A stretch of DNA of 64,000 nucleotides. It comes from Macrostomum lignano. Its lineage: Eukaryota. Within the stretch, counting starts at the first letter, position 1, and every line of letters starts with the position of its first letter. The stretch spans positions 136,766 to 200,765 of the forward strand of contig NIVC01000430.1 of the NCBI GenBank assembly GCA_002269645.1, given 5' to 3'. A program made the position numbers and the translations under genes. The notes beneath the pieces are model-generated. The model worked only from the letters and a program-made list of their open reading frames with translations. It made no database searches and was not told the DNA's origin. Below, piece by piece: positions 1-13,000 of this stretch.

Positions 1-564
1 CGAACGAAACTTGAAGATTGCCAAATAATCTATTATTGCAATAAAGTTAATTTTGAAGTTATGGCAATAATTTAGGTTTTTAAATCCAAACATACTAAAA
101 ATTTTTACCTCTATTAGTGAAAAAGTAGGGCCTAAACCAAAATCAATAATGTATATATGGTGAAATCCAAAAATCGGGGGCAAGTTTTATGAAAATTCGT
201 TTTTTGGCAATTTGAAAGCAATAAAGCTATAAAATAAATTTATTCAAGTTTTTAAAAGGTAAAAAAGTCTATTAAAGCACAAATTATTTTTGTATAGCTT
301 TATTTTTAATAAAATAATTTGTTAAAACGGTAAGTTTAATTACGACCTAAATGAGTCTAATGAAAATGATAGAAAAGCTATAATAATGCATTTTAATAAC
401 TTTAACTATCTTATAATGTTACACTCTATAATTCTACAACACATTTAACATTATTTTCAAGGGTTTATTTGTTTATCACTTTTGTTACTCTTGACAACGT
501 GTATTTTGTAGAGTTCGTTTGCAATAAATTGTGTTCAACGTAAGTTTATTATTTAAACATACAA

Positions 565-1092
565 ATTCCCATAAGGATCGGAAAATTGCATTTTACTCAG
601 CTTCTACTAAAGCGATTTGGAAAATTCTTTTTTTCCTGCATACACACCGCGATGATACATGTTTTAGTGTAATTTCATTGTTCTTCGTCGCTTAATGAGC
701 ATACAGTAAGCATCTGATTTGGAAGCCGGGTAACACATTGGAATTCCCATAAGGATTGGAAAATTGCATTTTACTCAGCTTCTACTAAAGCGATTTGGAG
801 AATTCTTTTTTCCTGCATACACGCCGCGATGATACATGTTTTAGTGTAAATTCGTTGTTCTTTGTTGCTTAATGAGCATACAGTAAGCATCTGATTTGGA
901 AGCCGGGTAACACATTGGAATTCCCATAAGGATTGGAAAATTGCATTTTACTCAGCTTCTACTAAAGCAATTTGGAAAATTCTTTTTTCCTGCATATACA
1001 CTGCAATGAAACATGTTTTAGTGTAATTTCATTGTTCTTCGTCGCTTAATGAGCATACAGTAAGCATCTGATTTGGATGCTGGGTTCACATT
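565..1092. repeat. Tandem repeat, ~177-178 bp unit x3
   Basis: Unit starting ATTCCCATAAGGAT(C/T)GGAAAATTGC recurs at 565, 743 and 920 with near identity. Confidence 0.9.
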
Positions 1093-1274
1093 TTGTGGTA
1101 CCATTTTTTACCTAAAATTTTTAAGTCTAAATATAGGCATATTTCAAATACTAATACTATGCAAGTTAATATTCAAATGAAAGAAAACAACTTAAAGATT
1201 ATTTTGCAACAAGGAATTAGCGATATATTTACTTTTAGAGAAAGATGTTTGCTGGCAAACTTTGCACTTTATAT

Positions 1275-1866
1275 CCCTATTGGAATAAATGTTAAAAACC
1301 CGCGGACGCGCGCTTTAGAAAAGAGTCAAACTATTTTACCGCACTTTAGGATTATTAGAAATGTTCCGAAAGATCTGCAGTTTTGTCAAAATCAAAATTC
1401 GCTAACTTTCCAAAATCAAAATTGAAATTTCCCGAAATCATAATTCAGAAAAACAAAGTTTAGTATGATCAACACTCACTTTTTTACTTTCAATTTATTG
1501 CTTAAGCAAAAAGTAGTACATGTATATGTAGTAGAAAGTAGTTTATTTTTAGCGACTTTTTAGACACAACCAAAATTTTCACTTCTAAATTTTATTTCGA
1601 AATTGAAATTCGCTCTAAAAAATTTCAAATTTTGGAAAATTGAAATTGAATTTTCGGAACATCTCTAAGCTTAATAAATTACGAGTGTATAAGCCCCTTC
1701 AACAGAGGTATTATACCCATTTCCATGTATATGTATTTGCTAGAGCAGAAGCCAGTAAGAAAGGGCAGCGCGCGCAGGCGCTGCGCCTGTACGCGCGCTG
1801 CGCTTTAGAAAAATTTCAAAAGTGCGCCGGACACCGTCCGCGGTTTTACAACTTTTTCCTATAGGG
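1275..1866. mobile_element. Non-autonomous DNA transposon (MITE), 592 bp, 8-bp TSD; superfamily unassigned
   Basis: Imperfect ~32-34 bp TIRs: CCCTATTGGAATAAATGTTAAAAACCCGCGGACG (1275-1308) vs reverse complement of 1835-1866, CCCTATAGGAAAAAGTTGTAAAACCGCGGACG. Exact TSD CTTTATAT at 1267-1274 and 1867-1874. Internal GC hairpin 1765-1801. Confidence 0.8.
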
Positions 1867-2642
1867 CTTTATATTAGTATGAATTTTCGCGAGTTTATGT
1901 GGTTTTAGAAAAACTTTGAAATCCTTAGAAATACTTCATCTTTTTGAATTGAATAAAAAGTAAAACACAGATTACTTTCTGTTTTGTAAGTAGTAAAAAA
2001 ATTAGCCTTCTCTAAGGCCTACAAGTCTTAAAATTAATTGTTTAATAATGAAAAAAGTGAAACAAAAAATTGCAAATCAGTCAACTCGGACTTTCAAAAT
2101 GATTTTTTTTTGGTTTTTTCTTATTTATTCAACAATATAAAGCATGAAAACAATAGTTTTTATCCAGAACTATTTTCTAAAGACCTATCTATCTTTCAAA
2201 AACCTTTTTTAGATACATTACTTTCCATCAAATGTCCGCAGATTTGTTTTACCGTTTTATCCCATGTTTTTGGATTTCGCAATATATTATTTTGTTTTAC
2301 TAATTATTTTTCTTTTTTATGATATAGATTATAGGTTTCATTTTCTGCAGCAATTATTTGCTATATTTACTGCTTGTTGCATTGGTTATGTGCTTGTTAA
2401 TTTTTGGTGGCATACAATTTACCTGAACACTAAATTGGTATAAATTAGCCTACTGGCTGGCATGGCATACACTTCACTAGATAGGCCTAATACTTTACTT
2501 ACTTACAGCGTGCATATAACACAATTGGCAATATGGCATGTGCCCTATTTAGTGCATGCTATATATATAATATCAGGTATATGAGTGCCATAAGATAAAA
2601 AATACATAACAGAACTAAAGGCAAAGAGACTAATATACTCAC

Positions 2643-2712
2643 CATCATAACGTTCTGCTTGTTCAGAAAGTTTAGCAAAATAAACTTTGTCTTCACGATC
2701 TTCCTGAGACAT
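2643..2712 (-). CDS. YWHAE: 14-3-3 protein (epsilon-like), first coding exon only; later exons not found in window, presumably left of base 1
   Basis: MSQEDREDKVYFAKLSEQAERYD + G|GTGAGT donor matches the 14-3-3 N-terminus (DREDxVYxAKLxEQAERYDE). Acceptor TTCCAG at 2728-2733 implies a 5' UTR intron. Isoform assignment tentative. Confidence 0.85.
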
Positions 2713-5141
2713 TTTGTTATTGCTAATCTGGAAATACAAAAAATTATATAAAAACGAGTCTGAGAGCTAAAATTGCGAGATCTTTCACTACACAAGCAGT
2801 AATAAATTGACAAACCGTGTTGTAAGGATTTCGCCTGTGTTTATCAATTTTAAATCAAAGCAATTGTGTGCGTAATAATAAAAACTTAGTAAAACAAAGT
2901 TTAAAACGTTTTCATACAAAAAGTTTTAATGCCAAAATGCTTTATGTTTAAGTTTTATAACACTTAAGATTTGTCTTTTTTTCCTATAATATATAAAAAT
3001 TTTGTCAAAAACAAATAATTAACGACGTCTGCTACTTCCAGGACACTGTCAACACTCGAAGAAAGTTAATTGGCCTTGCGAACCTGAAGAAATCTAATTT
3101 TTGAGCAAATTCTGAATCTAAACATATAGTTAAAAAAATTAACTACATGTTCTGCATACCATGGCCATGACTAATTAAGGAAGCTAAATTGGATCGACAC
3201 ACACTAAACGGTTATAAATACCTTCGCTGGCTTAGAGTGTTAAGTGGTACTTTCTCTGTTAAAGGTTTGCGACAATAGTGGCTCGAAACGACTATTGAAG
3301 CATCGAAGATTTCATTACCAGCAGATACTTTAAAATTCTAGCAACCTTAAACAAATAACATTAATAACATTAAGTAGTAATTTGAATGTGTTATAAATTC
3401 TTATTTAAAAAAATAACATGTTCACTGCAAGTGCAAAATACAGTGAAATATGTACTAAAAGCTAATTAAATAATTTTTACCACTCTCCTAATTATATTAC
3501 ATTAGACTGTTCTATTTCTGATATATATGTGTTGTATAACAGCAAATAAAGAACAGTTGTGTGATACGAATGTACAAACCAAAATCGTTTGTAGACCGTA
3601 TTTTAAGAGGCCCTGAAAAGAAAAAATCATAAAACAGTTGGATAACAGATGAGTTTATCGTTTTTGGTTCTTTAGTTGATATTTCATTGTTAGTTATATA
3701 GATTTTCTGCACTTTCAAAAATTTTCTTACGAATAAAAATGCAATATAAAATACAACTTTAAGTTAATACATTTAATTTTCAGACCTGTTGTTGATGCTT
3801 AATTTTATGCAATTGATCGAAAACTACATGCATTGACTTTAAAGTTAAACTTTAGCTTTAAAAGTTTGTGTGCATTATAAAAGACCTCACAGATGTATAT
3901 TATTTATTTTCCAAAATAATATTCTATTGTTTGGCAACCAAAAGAACAAAATAAATGTTATGCAATCCTTAATGCTTAAAATTCTTTTTTAAGAGAATAG
4001 AAATTTACGGAAAAGAATTTTAAATAAAAAATGGCTTGTACAAGTAAAAAGTATCCACACGAACATGCTCTGTACTCGACGAAGAACAGTAATTTATTTG
4101 TACATGGGTTTTAAATACTAAATGAAATTTGTCCGCACAGGATTAATTATGGAATTTTGCTCTACATGTAGTTACAATTTATTATTTAAGAAAGACAAGA
4201 AAGTACAGAGGCAGCAAATATTTATATATGTACAGAAACAGGAAAAACTAACTGAATAGTATAGCAGAAAAAAAACAAAAATCCTAACTAAACAACATCA
4301 GGCAGCAGACTAAAAGCCATTGATATTATCGGATAATAATTATTTAACTAAGAAAATATTAATTATTTCTTTATTTAATTCAAGTAACGAAAAAAGTTCT
4401 GTGTATTTAAACTGCAGACTTTTGATACACTAGTGATGATACTACAGAATAAAGTAGTAGTATACTTATTTTATATTTTTGACAGCAAAACCGAAAAAAA
4501 TTCGCACCTGATACTACCTTATGACGCAACGGATTAGTAAGTAGCTGGATAAACATTAACAGCACATAAAAATGCAGTAGCACGCCGTGTTGACAACAAC
4601 TTGACATAGTCTATTTAAACAATTTTTGTTGAAAATAAACTGCTTGAAAGTAATGAAGCGTGCTTAAAATTGATTTTTACACGCCTAGAAAAAAACAAGA
4701 CGCTACTTGAATAAAACACAGCGTTTATACGCTAGTACAGAATATCAGATTTCCCGTCACTGCTGCGCAAAAGTGAAGAGGTACAGGCACTTTTTCAGCA
4801 AAAAAGCAACATTTTCAATACGCTAAAGACTGGCTTGACTTGCATTGATTTTTTAGCGTTTTTCGGACCTCTTTTCTCACACAAGGTAGACTCAAGTAGG
4901 ACGGGGAACTACGCAAGCTTCTTGGAAAGTTTTATGAAGCAGGTTTTACCGAAAAGACATTTCTATAGAGCTGTAGAATTTCATTTTTTCAGCACAAAAA
5001 TTGGCATTTCCTTATAATAGGAGGTAGACCTTATGTTTATAATATGCTAATTTTAAATTTTACAAAACATTGAATTTTAAGTGAGAAAATGAGGTTTCAC
5101 ACAATTAATCCCACACCAAGTAGTTTTAAACAAGGTCTAGG

Positions 5142-8100
5142 CTACAATTCCATGTCTTCAGCTGGTTCGGCGTCGCTAAACTCCGACATCGAGCTCTCGT
5201 CGTCGTCGTTGTTGCTTACTTGAGCAGCACCGTCGGCGGCGGCAGCTACGTGAGCACCATTTGTTGATGAAGCTCCGCCAGCAGCTGTTGCAGCTGACGA
5301 TGCAGAGGCGCCGCTATCGCCGCCAGCCCGACTGTCCTCACCTGGCAGGCGCTGCAGCGATCGCAGAGCGGCTTCTGTAGCGTACAGTTGAACATATTCG
5401 CGCACCTTGGCTCGATAATCCTCTGGCCGATGCAGATAGAGCGAAGCTGCAGCTCCATTTAGCGGATCCATTGGGTTTGGATAAGCCAGGAGCTGGGGCA
5501 GAAACGACTCGAATATGTTTGTCAGGTCTGCATTGGTTGTGTTTTTTAGCTTACATGAAGGCTGAGAATCGGCCTTGGGTACGTGTTGGTTTTATTGCGC
5601 TCATAAGTTTGCTCAGACAACTGACTCATTCACTTAAAGATCTGTGGTTAGTCACTATTTTGAGTAAGAGTAAGAATGCCAATACAAAAGTTCCACCTAG
5701 AGTCCTAGACTACCAGATTCTCAAAGTAAGATTCTAAGAGTGAGACTCTCAGAGTAAGATTCTAAGAGTGAGACTCCCAGATAAGATACTAAAATGAGAC
5801 TCCCCGAGTAGGATTCTAAGAGTGAGACTCCCGAGTAAGATTCTAAGAGTGAGACTCCCGAGTAAGATTCTAAGAGTGAGACTCTCAGAGTAAGATACTA
5901 AGATGAGACTCTCAGAGTAAGATACTAAGAGTGAGACTCCCCGATTATAAGATTCTAAGAGTGAGACTCTCAGAGTAAGATTCTAAGAGTGAGACTCCCA
6001 GAGTAAGATACTAAAATGAGACTCCCCGAGTAAGATTCTAAAAGTGAGACTCCCCGGGTAAGATTCTAAGAGTGAGACTCTCGAGTAAGATTCTAAGAGT
6101 GAGACTCTCGAGTAAGATTCTAAGAGTGAGACTCTCGAGTAAGATTCTAAGAGTGAGACTCCCAGAGTAAGATACTAAAATCCAAGTATACTAAATCTCT
6201 TAAGATACTAAAAGTGAGACTCCCCGAGTAAGATTCTAAGAGTGACTCTCAGAGTAAGATACTAAGAGTGAGACTCTCGAGTAAGATTCTAAGAGTAAGA
6301 TTATAAGAACAAATTCTCCCAGGTATGAATCATATATAGACATGCAAACTGCGCCAAAATCAATGATACAGGAACTCGTTAAATGACTTAAACATCAATA
6401 ATTCTATCTCTTGGTAGGGGGTTCGATTCTCGACCTACTCCCACTCTCTTGTGTCATTTATAATGACACAATTGTGTCATTGAGCAAAGCACTTAGCTCT
6501 GCATTGCTTCAATTCACCACAGCTGTAAAGTGGGTGCCAGCATTAGGTGGGGTAATTGAGGGTGAGTGTGGTGACCCTCCAGTCCTTGGACTAAACAGCC
6601 ATATGCAGTTTTCAGATGCATTACACAATAGCTGCAGCTGAGCTGTTGGTTCCACATCTGCCCATCAGGACAGGCTTAATAAATTGTTTTTAATTAATGC
6701 ATTAATTTGGATTGTGACAAAAAGATAAATAGATTTTGGTTTACCATACAGAGCAGACCAGGTTTGGTTAATAACATCTAGACAAACAGAACCAGATCTG
6801 GAAAAATAAAAAAATACTTAATATTTTAATTAGTTAGAAGAAAATATGATTTACAAAAACTTTCATAACACAATTTTACTTACGCTTCATCAATGTTAGG
6901 ATGAAATATTCTGTTCATAAAGCCTAAAAAGAATGAATCAAAGATGGAGCATTGAATATCTAGTTGTTAATAATCAATAATAATTACAACAAATACTTAC
7001 CAATTGATGGGGACTTGAATGGATATCGATCAGGTAAATCTACTCGAACTTTCCAGACTCCACCCTCATAAGGTGCTGCAAATTTATTGTATTTGAAAGT
7101 GTTTTAAATAACTGTTATTTAAGATATACTTGAAAAAGAAAACCACTTACAGTCAGCTGGTCCATGGAACTTGACCACAAACTCATTCAGGCCACCTAGT
7201 ATTGTTACTTCATGCTTGCTTTCAACACTTTTGAATACAGTTAAAGCAAATTGATATTTAAGGAAAATAAATACCATGGCAAAAACAATGCTTCTACAAA
7301 TAAGATAAGTATATAAACCATTTTGTCATAAAATAAAAATATAAAACTTAATCATTATCTTATTAGTCAATAATTATGTATCAAAAAGACAATTTTAAAA
7401 TTCTTGGAATATTTCAAAGAAATAAAAGCAAGTCAAAAAATTTATAACAATAATAATGGATTTCTAAACTCATTTAATGATTGTCTCTATTTGAATGTAT
7501 AGATTAGGAAAAAACCTAATGATATTCTAAAACAATATTAAAGAGAATTGAAATCTAGGTCAAGGACCAAATGGAAAATTTATTATATAACTAAGTTATT
7601 TATAAAGTTTTATTAGATAGTTTACCTTGTAGAGATCTCCAAATACGATACAAAGTAAACTACTGTAAGTAGTAACATAAAAATGCGAAAAACTTGAATG
7701 TTATAAAAATTGCAAACTGTCATACTCTATTTTAAGACCGTGAATACAACGTACAACGAAGCATGAGACAAGTTGCAACAATGGTGAAATATGATGAAAT
7801 AAGATAAAATCTGATGAAATATGATGAAATATGAGTCGCGCTACTAAATATATACCAAAAATTCGACTATAAATATAAGCGTAAAATCCGAGCTGAAACC
7901 TCTGACTCGGAGCAGCCTCAAAAGATCTTGTGGTTAGTTAGAGCAACTAATCGAGGCTATATCTCTGGGAGAGAAGCATATCAATTGTGAAGTGTTGTTC
8001 AAGTCTTCGTTATTTTGATTAATTGAGAGCGATTTTATTGCCGGCCGGCCGTTGCTGATCCACTGACTTTACTGAGACTATTTGAGGCCTCCCATTTTCC

Positions 8101-9271
8101 TAAGGGATTGGATAGGATCTGCGGACCGATTCCGATACCCTTAGAGGATTACTGACTGTTGATTTGGATTATCCTAGGTTAACCGATAGGAGCACACGAC
8201 TCCGATTCCGTTAGATCTAGAAGAAGACGCCCCCTTTGGAGGACCTCGCGTTAGAATTTGAGTTTATTAGGGCGCACTGTTGACACTGATTTGGCACTCG
8301 AGAAGCGTACTGAATCCCGCACTCAAGGAGATATTTCGACGTCGACTTCACTGTTCTGCTCTCACTCTCGGCCGATTTTGGACTTCGAAGACTGCAAGAA
8401 GATTCCTCCGGAGAAGATTGGAAGAAGCAAACTCTACAAACGCGCACAACAAAGAAGAAACAAGGAACGAGCTCGAAGAACCTGCTGGACACAGAAGAAG
8501 AGCCCGCCACAGTAAGTGAACACGTTAATTTTGTTCCCAGGCTTAAGTGTCTGGAAGTGGGAGTTTTCGGGAGACTGATCACCTCCCGAATCAACTCTTC
8601 AACCTTAAGAATTTTTTGTCAATGGTTATTATCTAAATAGGTAAGGTAGTTTTAGTTAGAAGTTTATCCAAAGCATGTAATATTTGTTAAATATTATCTA
8701 CAATATTGTTAGCTTTGTTGTCACTATTGTTGTGTATTGCAATAGTGAATTGTTTAGATTATTAGAAAAATAAAAGCAATTAAAAAGATAAACTATAGGC
8801 CTATTAAGGTAAGGATAAGGAGGCCATTATCAAATTTTTATACAATAATTATAATGTATTTTTGCTTGTTCTATAAATCTGTATACTAAAAATGTATGTA
8901 CAAAAATTATAAAAATAAAAAAATATGGAATAGTTTGTTTAAGTTAGTTAGGCCTAAAAGTATAAAAAATACTTATTACTATATTTAAACTATTTCAGTT
9001 AAAAATTTTCATGATTTTGGTAACAAAAGCTGGGTCCTATAAATCTTCTGAGTTGATAAATGAAATTGATAGTAATAATTGAAATAATAAAGAATATAAT
9101 TATTTTTTGTGGTTTCTAATAGGTATAATTTTTAAGAGTAGGCCTAATGTACCAGTAGATTGTATGAAGTCTGCAAAAAGAACAGTTATAAAATCGATAC
9201 AACTTTTGCAAAGGATACAGTTTAATTACATCAGTGTCCATTCGTCTCTTCCCGGGGCTAGGTGATGACAT
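5142..9271 (-). CDS. UBE2H: Ubiquitin-conjugating enzyme E2 H, complete, 227 aa; exons 9219-9271, 7151-7227, 7001-7075, 6884-6923, 6745-6797, 5142-5527
   Basis: Spliced product [123 protein letters not shown]...SSMSEFSD...DMEL. HPN motif and catalytic Cys present; all introns GT..AG and in phase (684 nt). Confidence 0.97.
5720..6300. repeat. Minisatellite, 27-28 bp unit (GAGTAAGATTCTAAGAGTGAGACTCTCA), in last UBE2H intron
   Basis: About 20 tandem copies visible. Confidence 0.95.
6410..6640 (+). mobile_element. Degenerate tRNA-derived SINE with MetaSINE-like central core
   Basis: B-box-like GGTTCGATTCT at 6420-6430, then TTGTGTCATTGAGCAAAGCACTTAGCTCTGCATTGCTTCAATTCACCACAGCTGTAAAGTGGGTGCC (from 6472). 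This resembles the conserved Meta core (TGTGTCCTTGRGCAAGRCACTT...CCCAGCTGTAAATGGGTAC) as recalled; not database-checked. Confidence 0.5.
7628..8601 (+). mobile_element. Solo LTR (Ty3/Gypsy-like), 974 bp, in UBE2H intron 1
   Basis: Starts TGTAGAG (7628) and ends CTCTTCA (8601), a 6/7 terminal inverted match. Exact 4-bp TSD ACCT at 7624-7627 and 8602-8605. TATAAA at 7868. GC-richer than the flanks. Confidence 0.75.
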
Positions 9272-10038
9272 TTTAAAAATCTTGTCTCACTTACTCGACG
9301 CAAACTTACTAAGTTAACTAAGTTAAGTACAAGATAAAGATTATTGTCAGAAACTATTTTGAGTACAACGCAAGCTAAAAAAATCGCATCAGGCACAGGC
9401 AGATTTGCTATTAGAATTCTCTCAGTTCATATATAGCTTAAGAATATAGTTGCTTAAGACAAGAATATGAAATATGAAATTTACCTTACAGAGTTGGCAG
9501 AGTTGGCCGGTAATGGAAACTTGAAACTGGAAAAGTTAAATTGCAATCAGCTGATATGAACTTTAATTTTTATAGTACCGTATAAAAATAGAAACGTGTA
9601 TTCTAAGTAATTTTACAATTTTAAGTGCTGCTGAGGGCTAAATAATTACGTAGTAGCGTGTTTTACTAGAACCAGTGTTAAACCTTGTGCTGTTTTAAAT
9701 CACCTATTTTCTATGAAAGATGTGTCTTTTTTCTGTTTCCTTAAGCAATTATCTGCGTTCGAGGGTACGAGAAAACTGTGTATCAATTTGACAATCAGCA
9801 CATATCGGTTAGCCAGCAGAAAGCGTCACCATTAGCATTATTGATTCGAAAATTTGTTCGGGTTTAATACTTCGATATAGAAACCTTTTTAGTTGACCAA
9901 TTTCTCCATTTTATCGTCTTGGACTTTTCAGAGCATCATCGAATCACACAATTATACCAACCTGTTGATTAGATTGAACCCAGAATCACAATTGAAAGCC
10001 TAACGATAGCAATCAGGCTCTCCAGAAACATTTGATTT
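9272..10038. promoter_or_regulatory. Putative bidirectional promoter and 5' UTRs shared by UBE2H (-) and paxillin (+)
   Basis: Divergent start codons only 768 bp apart, with 5' UTR splice signals on both strands (minus donor near 9484; plus acceptor TTTCAG near 9931). Promoter function inferred from geometry. Confidence 0.55.
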
Positions 10039-13000
10039 ATGGATGAATTAGGTATGTCATAAATCATAATTTATATTGAATTGATGACAGTTTATAATCA
10101 GTTGTATACTAGGCCTATGAGTATGAGTAGGCCTATGAATTAATAGTCTTAATCATAATCTAAAATTCTATTTCTATGTCAATAATTCTGGATAAATTCA
10201 TAGTAGTTTTTACAATTAATCTATTAGTATTAGGCGGCTAGGCCTAAGTTGGATATTTGTAGATTGTTCTGATATTTTATTTTTAGAAGGCCTAAAATAA
10301 ATGATCTATACTTTTGTTTAATGGCTATATATGGCTTAAAGTATATAGTATAAAGTAATATAACTTTATGTAACATATAAAGTCATATAAATTATATAGT
10401 ATAAAGTCAAACTTAGAACAAGAAAAATATCATCATTGTAATGGTTTGATATTTCTATAATTAGAAACGAATGCATTTTTTTAAACTTTTGTTGCAATAC
10501 TAATTAGTAGCTATTATAATAGTGTATATAAATTTATTCTAAGGTTTTAAAGATATTTTGTTTTGTTTAATTAGATTCTGTTTCCAAGAAAGTCAATTCA
10601 ATTATTTATTATATGAGTTGATTCATTCCTCAATAGTTGACTCATTACAATTATAGGATACAGTGTCCATAGTTATATATAAAAAGTGTGTATGAAATAG
10701 AAGCACCTTATCTAATAACAAAATACAACTATAATTGCAATATAATTAGTAAATAAATAAATTTATAATAGTCCTAAAAATACATACTGTACATTAATAG
10801 AAAAATCTAATTACTAGCACTCATTTACATGCTCATATAATAAATGAATTGATGGCCCTGACTTTCTAAATAATCATCAGAATGGGATTTGGCCTTCACA
10901 TATATGATTTGCACAAAAAAACTTTTAGCTCAAGAGTATAGGTCTATTTAGTCCATAAAGGTTTTTAAGCTTTTTATAATATTGACTAGAACCATAGACA
11001 TGACTATTACTAATTATTATTAGTTATGCCTAAGCCTAAGTCTTAGGTCTTAAGTCTAGGCTTAATTGAAAAAAAACTTAATGAAATAAACAAAATTGTT
11101 TAAATATTCTGCTCCAACAGAAACCCTCATTGAGGAGTTGCAAGAATCTGTCAAGAAGGCAGTGAGCAGCCCCCCAGCCAACTATGTTCGAGTTCATGAA
11201 TTTGTAAGTAAAAAAGTCACCAGTGTTATTAATCCATCATTTGTAGACTGCACCAACTAAAGTAAATTAATATTAATGCCCTATATGACAATTACCACTC
11301 CCACAACCAGTGCTGAGGCAATTCTGACCATTCTGCTGACTCCTGAGTTAATACTGTACGCAGGCATGCACTCATACACATGCACACACAATGTGTACAG
11401 TGGCCCTGACTTTCTAATAGTCAGACATGTACAGTCTCTTGCTGGTTGGCCCTCGTGCCAATAATGTTTTGCATGAACAACAAGCCCTAAACAATGTGGC
11501 CAAATGTAATGGAATCTGACAATTTGCAGACCGCAGACTATGCTGAAGCTGCTCAACATTCCGGCTCTGTGTTTCGCGACAACATGAACGAAATCGAAAG
11601 AATGCTCGACCAGCTGGAGGAGTCTGGTTAGTAGTATAACATTGGTAGTACTGTATGTCATGACTCCTCCTGGAGAAGGAGCGCATGTCATGAGTCTTTC
11701 CCTATTTTTACCTGTGCTTCCTGCAACGACTGACGCTTCTTAGCCTGGGTACCGTTTTCATCAGACGCTGTGCATATTTTCAACAGTCCTTATCAGTTAT
11801 CAGTGCTCATTCATTCTGCTAGACAGTTGTCAATCAATCAAATGCTCCTACGCTAGGTTTTTTGACTCATTAAATAGTTAAGATAATAGATTGAAAAATA
11901 ATTCATTTCTTCTGACATGTTATTTGTGTTGTTAATCTTTCAGACTATCAGGCCAACGATAAGAGCGCACCTCAGCGCAGGTGAGAATATGCTGACGCAC
12001 AATCTTTATGAGATAATTATAGATTATTATGGTAACAGTTCGTGCTATTAAAGAGTATTATTCATATTTACAATTTATCGACTGAGTTTTTTATTAAAAA
12101 AACTCTTTGACAGCAAGCCAAGCTATGCTTCATCAGATTCACTGATTCTTATAGTTTTACAATTCCCCTAAGCTTCACAGTCACCTAAGCTTCACAAATC
12201 CTTTTAGAAGCTTCACAACTCCCTAAGTTTCACAAATACCTAAGCTTCACAAATCCCTAAGCTTCACAAATCGCCTAAGCTTCACAAATCCCTAAGCTTC
12301 ACAAATCGCCTAAGCTTCACAATCCCCTAAGCTTCACAATCCCAAAAGCTTCACAATCCCATAAGCTTCACAATCCCATAAGCTTCGCAATCCCCTGAGC
12401 TTCACAATCCCCTAAGCTTCACAAATCCGTAAGCTTCACAATCCCCTAAGCTTCATAAATCGCCTAAGCTTCACAATCCCCTAAGCTTCACAAATCCGTA
12501 AGCTTCACAATCCCCTAAGCTTCACAATCCCATAAGCTTCTCAATCCCCCAAGCTTCACAAATCCCTAAGCTTCACAACCCTAAGCTTCACAATCCCCTA
12601 AGCTTCACAACCCTAAGCTTCACAATCCCCCAAGCTTCACAAATCGCCTAAGCTTCACAATCCCTTAAGCTTCACAATCCCCTAAGCGTCACAATCCCCT
12701 AAGCTTCACAAATCCCAAAGCTTCACAATCCCCTAAGCTTCACAAATCCCCTAAACTTCTTAATCCCCTAAGCTTCAGAGTCCCCTCAGCAGGTCTCGAT
12801 AATATACTCGTATTTCTTTAGACTTTACAAGCCTGTTTCCTGGAACAGCTACGAGTATTTCCTAGAAAAAATTAATTTTAATGACTTCGTATGTGGAAAT
12901 CATTTTCAGTCCAGCCAGTCCTTCATTCACGCTGGAGAGTCTGATGAACGATCTGAAGGAGTTTCAGGTTAGATGCGCCGTAGTTTACTCTTATTTATAT

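Noticed and set aside
1093-2322. AT-rich ORFs 1093-1425, 1640-1864 and 2038-2322
   Set aside because: Alternative-start, low-complexity ORFs overlapping a MITE/intron; no motifs.
8217-8594. Nested gene in UBE2H intron (ORFs 8217-8594, 8258-8515, 8280-8519)
   Set aside because: All lie inside the solo LTR; no recognisable protein.
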